The notes below the pieces were generated by a model, which made no database searches, had not been told where the DNA came from, and saw only the letters and a list, made by a program, of their open reading frames with translations. Below, one piece after another: positions 1 to 7,212 of a DNA stretch of 64,000 nucleotides (position 1 is the stretch's first letter; the number at the start of each line of letters is the position of its first letter). The stretch covers positions 1-64,000 of the IMG/VR virus record IMGVR_UViG_3300023179_000032; one strand, given 5' to 3'. Both the position numbers and the translations under genes were made by a program. This DNA is from a virus.

Positions 1-27
1 CGAATGGTTTGAAATAGCGGGGCTGAA

Positions 28-108
28 ATGACAGACAGAACTGTATTCATTGGCATTATGACGGCCGCGCTGGCTACGGCCATACTCATACAACAGGGAG
101 TTATCTAA
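28..108 (+). CDS. small hydrophobic peptide (26 aa)
   Basis: Read by eye: MTDRTVFIGIMTAALATAILIQQGVI; stop TAA overlaps next ATG (TAATG coupling). Confidence 0.4.
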   Translation: MTDRTVFIGIMTAALATAILIQQGVI

Positions 109-314
109 TGGTTAAGATTGAAGGACTCACAAAGAACCAAAAGATTATAGCAGAATGCTTATGGAATAAGTGTGATACCCAGCGTGACGTGGAAGCCGTG
201 CTAGAACTTTATGGACGGGACGCTCGTACTGTCTACGAACTGCTGACTGCTACGGCCCTGGATGAATACATGGCGGTAGACGAGGCCCGTGTTATTTTAC
301 AACGATTCCAATAA
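108..314 (+). CDS. hypothetical early protein
   Basis: ORF track; GGGAG SD upstream; ends just before a promoter repeat. Confidence 0.7.
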   Translation: MVKIEGLTKNQKIIAECLWNKCDTQRDVEAVLELYGRDARTVYELLTATALDEYMAVDEARVILQRFQ

Positions 315-323
315 CCCTAGAGG

Positions 324-352
324 TTGACAGGTCTCTTGAGCCATGCTACACT
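324..352 (+). promoter_or_regulatory. sigma70-type early promoter
   Basis: TTGACA(324)-17 bp-TACACT(347) with TG extended -10; upstream ACCCTAGAGG. Confidence 0.85.
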
Positions 353-378
353 ATAGAGACTGAAGCAAAGGAGCACGA

Positions 379-537
379 ATGTATAGCAGATTATTCAATG
401 AACTAGCCGTAGGACGCTTGTTCCGCTGTAAGGGCTACGACTACGTGAAACAATCCACACGAACTGCTCGTAGGCTGGCCAATGGACTAGTCATCTACTT
501 TGGCCAGAACGAGACAATCCACCCCATTGCCTACTAG
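379..537 (+). CDS. hypothetical protein (52 aa, below ORF-track cutoff)
   Basis: AAGGAG SD directly after promoter; MYSRLFNELAVGRLFRCKGYDYVK... Confidence 0.7.
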   Translation: MYSRLFNELAVGRLFRCKGYDYVKQSTRTARRLANGLVIYFGQNETIHPIAY

Positions 538-596
538 GCAACGTCCTTGGACGCCGGGACAACATTTTCAATAAGATAGAAGGTATGGTGACTCAA

Positions 597-740
597 ATGT
601 ATAGATATAAACTTTGGATCCGACTCGACGACTTCAACACCATTGACGCTTATGTCCATGCTGACTCAGACTGGGCGGCTATCCAACTGGGAGAAGCACA
701 ATACGGTAAAGGCAATGTACTGAACTGGACTAGAGACTAG
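597..740 (+). CDS. hypothetical protein (47 aa)
   Basis: MYRYKLWIRLDDFNTIDAYVHADSDWAAIQLGEAQYGKGNVLNWTRD; fills gap between genes. Confidence 0.6.
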   Translation: MYRYKLWIRLDDFNTIDAYVHADSDWAAIQLGEAQYGKGNVLNWTRD

Positions 741-771
741 ACTATAGAAACTGACACACAAGGAGCACTAA

Positions 772-1152
772 ATGGGAACGAGATCACTGACTTATGTCTA
801 TGAGGGCAAAAAGCCCGTAGTTTGTCTTTATCGTCATTACGATGGCTATCCCACTGGACACGGAGCAGAACTTGCTGAATTCTTAATGGGCTATGACATC
901 GTCAACGGATTTGGAGAAAAGCGAGCAAAATTGGCTAACGGTATGGGCTGTTTGGCTGCTCAAATGGTTGCTCACTTCAAAACAGAAACGGGCAATTTCT
1001 ATCTTCACGCCCCCATACTCGAGAGAGACGATGGACAAGACTTTGAGTATCATGTCTACGACGAGGAGGTTATTATAATGGACCATAGCGGTGACCCCAT
1101 ATTCAAAGGCACCCACGCTGAGTTCGCTGACTATTGTAAGGAACGGGCATAA
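772..1152 (+). CDS. hypothetical phage protein
   Basis: ORF track; AAGGAG SD; Y-x-H-Y-D-G-Y-P motif typical of phage early hypotheticals. Confidence 0.8.
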   Translation: MGTRSLTYVYEGKKPVVCLYRHYDGYPTGHGAELAEFLMGYDIVNGFGEKRAKLANGMGCLAAQMVAHFKTETGNFYLHAPILERDDGQDFEYHVYDEEVIIMDHSGDPIFKGTHAEFADYCKERA

Positions 1153-1316
1153 TGGAAGTGGTGAAATATAAGGGCACATTCTACTATCTCAAGGATGGCT
1201 GGATGCCCACAGAACTAGACGCAACCAACTATCTGGATGCGGAGATTGAAGCAGATAGTAAATACGGTGCGAAAACTCTAGTTGAACTGCTTGACAACGA
1301 AGACGAATCCGTGTAA
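1152..1316 (+). CDS. hypothetical acidic protein (54 aa)
   Basis: TAATG coupling with upstream gene; MEVVKYKGTFYYLKDGWMP... Confidence 0.6.
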   Translation: MEVVKYKGTFYYLKDGWMPTELDATNYLDAEIEADSKYGAKTLVELLDNEDESV

Positions 1317-1347
1317 TATTAAGACTTAACGCAAAGGAGCGACGACT

Positions 1348-2211
1348 ATGCCTAAGATGATTGATGTGATGAACTTGACCCCTAATACTATTGAAATGAC
1401 TGCTAAGAATCCAACGAAACCCCGCGAGACTGACGAAGAAATCATCGAACGACTGCGCGAACGATTTATGATCTTAGATGACATGACTCGTGCGGTGAAG
1501 AAGGGTGACGTACGAGCTATGATTGTCTCTGGCCCCCCGGGTGTGGGCAAGAGCTACGGAGTGGAGAAAGTACTGAGCAGACACGACGTGTTCGCAGACG
1601 TAGCACAAAACGAAAAACTGAAGAAGTACGAAGTGGTCAAAGGCGCAATGAGTGCCATTGGTCTGTACAAGAAACTCTACGAGTTCTCTGCGAAGAAGAA
1701 CATTCTAGTGTTCGACGACTGCGACAGCGTACTGTTAGACGACTTGAGCCTTAACATACTGAAAGCGGCACTGGACAGCTCTGCGAAACGTACTATACAC
1801 TGGAATACGGATAGTCGTAGCCTACACAGCGAAGGAGTACCCAATAAGTTCGAATTCAAAGGCGGTGCTATCTTCATCACCAACATTAAGTTTGAGAACG
1901 TAAGGAGCAAGAAGCTTAGAGATCACTTAGAAGCACTGGAGAGTCGTTGTCACTACTTGGATCTCACTATAGATACTGATCGTGAGAAACTGCTACGAAT
2001 CCGTCAGGTCACACAGGATCATAACCTCTTTGAGACTAATGGCTTCGAGTTCGCAGACTATGAGAAAGAAGAAGTCATTGACTTTATTGACAAGAACAAG
2101 CATATGATGCGTGAACTGAGCTTGCGAATGGTCATTAAGGTTGCGGCACTGAAGGCCTCTATGCCCAACTGGAAGAAAGTAGCACAATTGACTTGCATGA
2201 AAAGAGTATAA
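1348..2211 (+). CDS. P-loop (AAA+-type) ATPase
   Basis: Walker A GPPGVGKS, Walker B ILVFDDCD, ALESR arginine-finger-like motif; AAGGAG SD. Confidence 0.85.
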   Translation: MPKMIDVMNLTPNTIEMTAKNPTKPRETDEEIIERLRERFMILDDMTRAVKKGDVRAMIVSGPPGVGKSYGVEKVLSRHDVFADVAQNEKLKKYEVVKGAMSAIGLYKKLYEFSAKKNILVFDDCDSVLLDDLSLNILKAALDSSAKRTIHWNTDSRSLHSEGVPNKFEFKGGAIFITNIKFENVRSKKLRDHLEALESRCHYLDLTIDTDREKLLRIRQVTQDHNLFETNGFEFADYEKEEVIDFIDKNKHMMRELSLRMVIKVAALKASMPNWKKVAQLTCMKRV

Positions 2212-2222
2212 TACAACCCCAC

Positions 2223-2283
2223 AAAAAACCTGATTCGCTCCCAGGTTTTTTGATCCCCCGCTTCGCTCCCGGGGGATTTTTTT
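2223..2283 (+). terminator. tandem intrinsic terminators with near-identical 9-nt loops
   Basis: AAAAAACCTG-attcgctcc-CAGGTTTTTT (10-bp stem) then ATCCCCCG-cttcgctcc-CGGGGGAT plus T tract (8-bp stem). Confidence 0.85.
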
Positions 2284-2317
2284 GATTATATAACATAGAA
2301 CATTATGCTTTGTAAGG

Positions 2318-2352
2318 CTTTTGGACTACACAGACTTTTTGGACTACACAGA
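2318..2352. repeat. tandem 17/18-bp duplication
   Basis: CTTTTGGACTACACAGA followed by CTTTTTGGACTACACAGA. Confidence 0.8.
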
Positions 2353-2450
2353 GTAACCATTTGAGCATAGTGGCCCGAGACCTCCCTTAACACTTTTCTA
2401 CTACCGTAGCCGCACCGAGCACCGACAGTCTTATGAAGTATAACGCTGAT

Positions 2451-2490
2451 TTTGTCACACTTTTTCACACTTTTTCACACTTTTCTACAC
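2451..2490. repeat. 4 x 10-bp tandem repeat
   Basis: TTTGTCACAC TTTTTCACAC TTTTTCACAC TTTTCTACAC. Confidence 0.85.
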
Positions 2491-2602
2491 CGTTTAGGAG
2501 CCTAAGGACCCTGTGCCTGAGGGCTAGGCTAGGCGAGTGCGGCCGTTGTACTCTAGCAACACCTTGTAGTATATGTACAACACAGGATAAAGACCCTACA
2601 GA

Positions 2603-2631
2603 TTGACAGGTTTTTGGATTGAACGTATACT
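2603..2631 (+). promoter_or_regulatory. sigma70-type early promoter
   Basis: TTGACA-17-TATACT; upstream ACCCTACAGA. Confidence 0.85.
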
Positions 2632-2660
2632 TATGAAACTGAAACACAAAGGAGCAAGAG

Positions 2661-2909
2661 ATGGGAATGTGGACTACGCCAAACCAGGACTCACTGAACA
2701 TTGTACTAAAGAAGTTCAGCGAGGCCGCACACCAAAGATATCATCACAGTCATGCCTACGAAGCAGGCTACTTACAGAGTGTTCTAGTACACTACATCCA
2801 GCATCTTCCCGCAAGAAAGCAGAAGCAGTTGATTGCGGACATGATGGAGGCCACTCGCCGGCAGGAGCAGGCAGTCATAGAGCGTATGGCCAAAGACCCT
2901 ATAGGTTGA
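2661..2909 (+). CDS. hypothetical protein
   Basis: ORF track; AAGGAG SD; stop TGA lies inside next -35 box. Confidence 0.75.
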   Translation: MGMWTTPNQDSLNIVLKKFSEAAHQRYHHSHAYEAGYLQSVLVHYIQHLPARKQKQLIADMMEATRRQEQAVIERMAKDPIG

Positions 2910-2934
2910 CAGGGTATTAGAACGGCAGTACAAT
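2906..2934 (+). promoter_or_regulatory. sigma70-type early promoter
   Basis: TTGACA-17-TACAAT; upstream ACCCTATAGG. Confidence 0.85.
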
Positions 2935-2967
2935 ATGGTTATGGTAAAGAACAAGGAGAAGCAGACT

Positions 2968-3123
2968 GTGGTCAAATACCAAGTTCGTAGCAAGCAAACC
3001 AGGTGGAAGGTCACCTTTAGGACTCTTCGAGAAGCTCGTCTCCATGCAAAGAAGGACTGGGGTTTCGTAAACGATCCCACAGTATACATCGTCAGGATAA
3101 CGGAGAAGAACTTTAGTGTATAA
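2968..3123 (+). CDS. hypothetical protein (GTG start preferred)
   Basis: Same frame as track ORF 2935..3123; AAGGAG SD 9 nt before GTG 2968; track start lies upstream of the predicted TSS. Confidence 0.6.
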   Translation: MVKYQVRSKQTRWKVTFRTLREARLHAKKDWGFVNDPTVYIVRITEKNFSV

Positions 3124-3131
3124 CCCTACGG

Positions 3132-3160
3132 TTGACAGGGGTATTGATTGGTAGTACAAT
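3132..3160 (+). promoter_or_regulatory. sigma70-type early promoter
   Basis: TTGACA-17-TACAAT; upstream ACCCTACGG. Confidence 0.85.
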
Positions 3161-3185
3161 ATGGTTATGCTGTTAAACAAAGGAG

Positions 3186-3383
3186 ATGATGATGGACAAG
3201 GAACTGTTTAAGAGAGATCCCAGAGACTTTGCCTTAAGTCTTGTAGAAGATGGCTTGGTAGATCCCATGCTCTTGCTCAATGCGGCCTTGAACTGGCTGA
3301 GCACGGATGAGGTACGTGATATGTTAGATGCCAACGAACTGAGCCCACGCTTTGCCTACGATGAGGAACTAGATGATGAGTAA
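3186..3383 (+). CDS. hypothetical acidic protein
   Basis: ORF track; AAAGGAG SD. Confidence 0.75.
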   Translation: MMMDKELFKRDPRDFALSLVEDGLVDPMLLLNAALNWLSTDEVRDMLDANELSPRFAYDEELDDE

Positions 3384-3561
3384 GGCCTTGGCTTGGACCG
3401 CGGCTCAGATCAGTAATGGTCTAGCTGTGCGTGTGTGTACACATACATACGAGCACATATACATGCCCACCAGTGCGGCTGTTCAAAATGGGCAACGTTT
3501 AACGGCTAAACAATTAGCCAAATTCAATAAGGCAAGGCTTGACAAGTTAGCACATCGATAG
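3373..3561 (+). CDS. hypothetical basic protein
   Basis: ORF track; GAGGA SD inside upstream gene. Confidence 0.5.
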   Translation: MMSKALAWTAAQISNGLAVRVCTHTYEHIYMPTSAAVQNGQRLTAKQLAKFNKARLDKLAHR

Positions 3562-3567
3562 TACAAT
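3539..3567 (+). promoter_or_regulatory. sigma70-type promoter
   Basis: TTGACA-17-TACAAT, embedded in upstream ORF end. Confidence 0.75.
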
Positions 3568-3627
3568 ATGACTATGCTAAAAGATTAGCATTAATACTAA
3601 CAGAGTTAAATACGAAAGGCAAATAAG

Positions 3628-4026
3628 ATGGCAACCGATAAATTATTCACAGTAGCAGGTATCAGCAAGCTTCCCACCAGTCGTGGCGGAGAGTACAAGA
3701 TTCGATTCGCAAACGATGTCATGCGTGTCAAAGTACTAATGAAGGGTGGACATGAAGATGTTCGTCTAGTAGAGTTGGATCATCCCATGACCAAGCTTGA
3801 GGCTGTTGAGGTATTACGTACAATGGCCGAGTTCAGTGATGTCTTGGCACAGGCTACCTTTGCAGACTTCATTGATGCAAATACTCCTAAGGCACGTACT
3901 GTAAAGCCAGCAAGGACACCTAAGGCTGTGAAGCCTGAGAGCTCACCCCGGGCCACTAAGGCAGAGAAGAAGACGGCAAAGACCTCATATGATGACGTTA
4001 AGGACATGGAGGATGCTCCGTACTAA
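3628..4026 (+). CDS. hypothetical protein with K/A/P-rich tail (possible DNA binding)
   Basis: Globular N-terminus plus TPKARTVKPARTPKAVKP low-complexity basic tail. Confidence 0.75.
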   Translation: MATDKLFTVAGISKLPTSRGGEYKIRFANDVMRVKVLMKGGHEDVRLVELDHPMTKLEAVEVLRTMAEFSDVLAQATFADFIDANTPKARTVKPARTPKAVKPESSPRATKAEKKTAKTSYDDVKDMEDAPY

Positions 4027-4216
4027 TGAGTTGGGAATTGTATGAAGTCATGGCCACAGATGAACGTGGCCATCAAAGTCTGTATTATGCTACAAAGAGT
4101 CTACGAGAAGCAAGACAAATGGCACTACAGAGCTTGAAGGAAGGATTTGTTCACGCCGAAGTCAATAGGGAAACCGAAGATGGAGACAGTGAGCAGGTCT
4201 ATGCTTGCGGTACAAG

Positions 4217-4226
<10 letters not shown>
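4026..4226 (+). CDS. hypothetical protein
   Basis: TAATG coupling; last 10 nt overlap tRNA 5' end. Confidence 0.65.
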
Positions 4227-4288
<62 letters not shown>

Positions 4289-4295
<7 letters not shown>

Positions 4296-4431
4296 TATTC
4301 TAGCACATTCAACACTGCGGCGTTCTGTCCATCCCTGATTCGAATCGGGATATCGCCAAGCATTTCAAGCCCCGGTCGCTCCGGTCTGGTGCCTAAAAAA
4401 GAGATGGAAGAGTGTGCTAGAATATGGTGTC
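4289..4431 (+). ncRNA. putative structured RNA closed by 22-bp inverted repeat overlapping tRNA 3' end
   Basis: GGCACCATATTCTAGCACATTC (4289-4310) pairs with GAGTGTGCTAGAATATGGTGTC (4410-4431): 20 WC plus 2 GU; internal hairpins. Confidence 0.55.
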
Positions 4432-4442
4432 GGTAACATTCT

Positions 4443-4471
4443 ATTATAATACCAATAACAGGCCCTGTCAA
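4443..4471 (-). promoter_or_regulatory. perfect-consensus antisense sigma70 promoter
   Basis: Minus strand TTGACA(4471-4466)-17-TATAAT(4448-4443), pointing into the fold-back element and tRNA. Confidence 0.8.
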
Positions 4472-4515
4472 CCCTAACCATACAGGCTTCCTGGGTATAG
4501 GTTGTAGAAATATAA

Positions 4516-4575
4516 CGTTATAGGTAGTATAACGGTGGCCTAGAACTTGTCATAGGTAGTATAACGGTGTCTAGA
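4516..4575. repeat. two tandem copies of a ~30-bp palindromic element
   Basis: CGTTATA-GGTAG-TATAACG-GTGGCCTAGAA and TGTCATAGGTAGTATAACGGTGTCTAGA, period 32 bp. Confidence 0.8.
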
Positions 4576-4608
4576 CTGTTGTATTTTCGCAACAAATACC
4601 CACACAGC

Positions 4609-4637
4609 TTGACAGGTCTTTATAGTTGCGCTATACT
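4609..4637 (+). promoter_or_regulatory. sigma70-type early promoter (repeat unit)
   Basis: AAATACCCACACAGC-TTGACA-17-TATACT. Confidence 0.85.
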
Positions 4638-4646
4638 GTTAACACT

Positions 4647-4694
4647 ATGCAAACAAGCACTGACCCCACAACAGCAACTCGTATAACGCTATAA
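4647..4694 (+). pseudogene. 15-codon remnant resembling start of next cassette gene
   Basis: ATGCAA...CACTGACCCC shared with ORF at 4770; behind a near-identical promoter. Confidence 0.4.
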
Positions 4695-4712
4695 AGCAAA
4701 TACCCACACAGC

Positions 4713-4741
4713 TTGACAGGACTTTATAGTTGCGCTATACT
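4713..4741 (+). promoter_or_regulatory. sigma70-type early promoter (repeat unit)
   Basis: AAATACCCACACAGC-TTGACA-17-TATACT; one mismatch to 4609 copy. Confidence 0.85.
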
Positions 4742-4769
4742 TATGACACTTAAACACTACGGAACACAA

Positions 4770-4976
4770 ATGCAAGTAAACGGATTTTATGCGCTGAAGA
4801 ATCGGGGCCTTCCCACTGACCCCGAGCAGTGGCACGTGGAGGATTTGGACCCGACGATTGGCCTATACAGGACCCAAACGGAGGCTGAATTGGCTCGTAT
4901 CCGCGCCCAACAGGCTCATATCCAGCGATGGGGTGACTTAGAGGACACAGACTTTGTCATAGAAGTTATAGTATAG
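4770..4976 (+). CDS. small early protein, paralog family A
   Basis: ATG after TAAACACTACGGAAC leader; track start 4713 is the -35 TTG; similar to 6446..6691. Confidence 0.75.
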   Translation: MQVNGFYALKNRGLPTDPEQWHVEDLDPTIGLYRTQTEAELARIRAQQAHIQRWGDLEDTDFVIEVIV

Positions 4977-4990
4977 AATACCCACACAGC

Positions 4991-5033
4991 TTGACGGGTC
5001 TTTATTGACAGCAGCGTATAGTTGCGCTATACT
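4991..5033 (+). promoter_or_regulatory. early promoter with nested second -35
   Basis: Repeat-context TTGACG at 4991, then 14-bp insert supplying TTGACA(5005)-17-TATACT(5028). Confidence 0.8.
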
Positions 5034-5061
5034 TATGACACTTAAACAAAAAACGGAACTT

Positions 5062-5220
5062 ATGCTTACATATCACTATATCCAAACGGTAGTTTATACT
5101 TTTGCTGTCCAAGCAGAATCAGAAGAAGCTGCGGACGCAATAGCACTACAAAAGAATATAACAGACCCGGAAGTAGAGGCTTATTGCTACGGCTGGGACG
5201 AAGACGGCGTTACTGAGTAA
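5062..5220 (+). CDS. hypothetical acidic protein (52 aa)
   Basis: ATG after AAACAAAAAACGGAACTT leader; same frame as track ORF 5005..5220. Confidence 0.7.
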   Translation: MLTYHYIQTVVYTFAVQAESEEAADAIALQKNITDPEVEAYCYGWDEDGVTE

Positions 5221-5232
5221 TACCCACACAGC

Positions 5233-5261
5233 TTGACAGGTCTTTGGACCTCACGTATAAT
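5233..5261 (+). promoter_or_regulatory. sigma70-type early promoter (repeat unit)
   Basis: AATACCCACACAGC-TTGACA-17-TATAAT, perfect consensus. Confidence 0.9.
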
Positions 5262-5289
5262 ACAACGACTTAAACACTACGGAACATAG

Positions 5290-5463
5290 ATGAAATTATT
5301 TGTAGCAACGGCCCAGGGCATTGGCGATGACGAACTTGCTTTTTATAACGTGGGCGTATATAGTACACGAGCTCTAGCCCAAAGCGCATTGGCCAACTTG
5401 GCTGAGGAGATGGACATTGAACTAGAGACTGCTATAGAAGAGCATACACTGGACTTACAATAA
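5290..5463 (+). CDS. small early protein (57 aa), family A-like
   Basis: Not in track; MKLFVATAQGIGDDELAFYNVGVYSTRALAQSALANL...; leader TTAAACACTACGGAACA identical to that of 4770 gene. Confidence 0.75.
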   Translation: MKLFVATAQGIGDDELAFYNVGVYSTRALAQSALANLAEEMDIELETAIEEHTLDLQ

Positions 5464-5469
5464 TAGTAA

Positions 5470-5505
5470 AGGCCACGTTATAGGTACTATGACGGTGGCC
5501 TAGAA
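5470..5505. repeat. third copy of palindromic element, forming extended hairpin
   Basis: CGTTATAGGTACTATGACGGTGGCCTAGAA, 28/30 identical to 4516 copy; AGGCCAC/GTGGCCT outer stem. Confidence 0.8.
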
Positions 5506-5517
5506 TACCCACACAGG

Positions 5518-5546
5518 TTGACAGGTCTTTAGAACCCCTGTATAAT
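5518..5546 (+). promoter_or_regulatory. sigma70-type early promoter (repeat unit)
   Basis: AATACCCACACAGG-TTGACA-17-TATAAT. Confidence 0.9.
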
Positions 5547-5575
5547 GCAAATATAGTAAACAACAAGGAGCGAAT

Positions 5576-5863
5576 ATGCTAGCAACGACAAAGACAATAA
5601 GACAATTTGCAAGGGCTATTAACGGCAAAGGCTTTGGCTATGCTGGAACCTTTACGGACAAGTGTAAACAGAACAAGGGCTTAAGGCACTTGGCTTTTAG
5701 ACTTTATAGCCGAGCAGAAGCAGATAAGTTGGCTAAAGAACTTGAGGTTATGCTTTTTATAGCAGGCTACACGAACAAGGTGAAACGTACCTCTTGTGAC
5801 TGCGACGTGCAATTGCGAGTTGGCGGTGGAGAGTATGTGCGAGTGAAGGCACTATTAGACTAA
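5576..5863 (+). CDS. hypothetical protein
   Basis: ORF track; AAGGAG SD. Confidence 0.8.
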   Translation: MLATTKTIRQFARAINGKGFGYAGTFTDKCKQNKGLRHLAFRLYSRAEADKLAKELEVMLFIAGYTNKVKRTSCDCDVQLRVGGGEYVRVKALLD

Positions 5864-5873
5864 GGATTATAAC

Positions 5874-6200
5874 ATGCTAAAGAATATGACTATGACCCAT
5901 TTTGCAGATGGCAGTGTGGAACACTCATTTCTAGTCAATGACACTGCTCGTTGCGATGGCACTAGCCTCTGGATGGACAGTAAAGGCTTGACAGTGGGCG
6001 TACTGGCCTACACCATCAGGCACGTGGCCCTAGCAGACAGGATTGTAACAGAAGTCCTTGTCTCACACGATGGTCCCTGGGAAGTGTATACGGACAGGGG
6101 CTTTGAACAAGATGTCAGCAGGATCGTAGGCTTCCCAGTGAAGTTTACAGAACAAGGCATGCAGGAACTGGGCATAGCCAGCCTGGAACCTGCTAAATAA
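5874..6200 (+). CDS. hypothetical protein
   Basis: ORF track; TAAGGA SD. Confidence 0.8.
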   Translation: MLKNMTMTHFADGSVEHSFLVNDTARCDGTSLWMDSKGLTVGVLAYTIRHVALADRIVTEVLVSHDGPWEVYTDRGFEQDVSRIVGFPVKFTEQGMQELGIASLEPAK

Positions 6201-6206
6201 GATCAG

Positions 6207-6293
6207 GCCCGTATGGTGAAATAGGTAGACACAAGGGACTTAAAATCCCTCGCTGGCAACGGCGTGCTGGTTCGACTCCGGCTACGGGCACCA
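6207..6293 (+). tRNA. tRNA-Leu (TAA)
   Basis: GCCCGTA/TACGGGC acceptor, AGGGA-CTTAAAA-TCCCT anticodon arm, long variable arm, CCA. Confidence 0.95.
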
Positions 6294-6294
6294 A

Positions 6295-6371
<77 letters not shown>

Positions 6372-6386
6372 AAATACCCACACAGG

Positions 6387-6415
6387 TTGACAGGTCTTTA
6401 GAACGAGCATACAAT
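6387..6415 (+). promoter_or_regulatory. sigma70-type early promoter (repeat unit)
   Basis: AAATACCCACACAGG-TTGACA-17-TACAAT. Confidence 0.85.
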
Positions 6416-6445
6416 ACGAACATACAGACACAGAAAGGAACACAC

Positions 6446-6691
6446 TTGTTTGACACTATCCTGATCTACATTCTACAGAACTTGGGCCAACCCACACTGG
6501 CCAGCAGCCTCTTGGACCCAGACTACGATGGCACCTTAGGCTTCTACACTTCCCGGGAAGATGCACTAGAGGCACAACGAGCCGCAGAACAACAACACCT
6601 CAGCCTCTACGGCACACTAGATCTCACTGACTTCTATATTCTTTCAGTGCCCATCCACACTGTGAACTTGGCCAATACCCACACGGGTTGA
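6446..6691 (+). CDS. small early protein, paralog family A
   Basis: TTG start with AAAGGA SD; aligns by eye with 4770..4976; stop in next -35. Confidence 0.75.
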   Translation: MFDTILIYILQNLGQPTLASSLLDPDYDGTLGFYTSREDALEAQRAAEQQHLSLYGTLDLTDFYILSVPIHTVNLANTHTG

Positions 6692-6716
6692 CAGGCTTTT
6701 AGAACCCGCGTATACT
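6688..6716 (+). promoter_or_regulatory. sigma70-type early promoter (repeat unit)
   Basis: AATACCCACACGGG-TTGACA-17-TATACT. Confidence 0.85.
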
Positions 6717-6751
6717 ACGAACACTTAGACATTGACACAAAGGACTAGCAA

Positions 6752-7084
6752 ATGGAACAACAGGTACAACAGGCTGTAGAGCAAGCACTCCAGGCCGCTA
6801 ACAGCCAAGCACGTAAGAGCTTAGAGCAACGTGGTGATAGGGACGCTTGTGGCTTTGCTTGGGTAGACGTCTACGGCGTTAGGGCTAACAGTAAACTGGG
6901 TAGAGCACTGTTGGCCTCAGGCTTTAGTCGCAATGGCTATGAGCGTAGCCTACAGTACTGGAACCCCAGCCGACTAGGCGTACAGAGTGTGGGCATACTG
7001 GAGGACGGCGCTGAAGCCTTTGCTCGTGTGATCAAAGAACAACTGGGCCTTGAGCGTGTATACGCAGGCAGCAGACTAGACTAA
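6752..7084 (+). CDS. hypothetical phage protein (CGFAWV motif)
   Basis: ORF track; AAAGGA SD. Confidence 0.8.
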   Translation: MEQQVQQAVEQALQAANSQARKSLEQRGDRDACGFAWVDVYGVRANSKLGRALLASGFSRNGYERSLQYWNPSRLGVQSVGILEDGAEAFARVIKEQLGLERVYAGSRLD

Positions 7085-7119
7085 CATCCTTCATAACTAA
7101 ATCCTCATAAGTAGATTGG

Positions 7120-7153
7120 GTCCTAATGGCTCGGGCTGTTAGGACTTTTTTTT
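7120..7153 (+). terminator. intrinsic terminator closing early array
   Basis: GTCCTAATGGC-tcgg-GCTGTTAGGAC plus T8. Confidence 0.9.
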
Positions 7154-7170
7154 GGCTAGAAAATAGTCAT

Positions 7171-7193
7171 AAAAAAAGGACGCAGTGCGTCCC
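7171..7193 (-). terminator. intrinsic terminator (convergent)
   Basis: Minus strand GGGACGC-act-GCGTCCT plus T tract. Confidence 0.85.
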
Positions 7194-7212
7194 TGTTGAT
7201 CGAGCTCTAGGG

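Noticed and set aside
2286-2920. Track ORFs 2286..2468(-), 2465..2701(-) and 2603..2920(+)
   Set aside because: No RBS, read through repeats or promoters, or overlap a better-supported gene
4320-4395. Degenerate tRNA-Ser(TGA) on the minus strand (GGCACC, CTTGAAA, TTCGAATC)
   Set aside because: Anticodon and acceptor stems do not pair; no cloverleaf
4516-4545. Resemblance of TATAACGGT to the 23S rRNA/I-CeuI site
   Set aside because: Only a 9-nt match; flanks differ; no rRNA context
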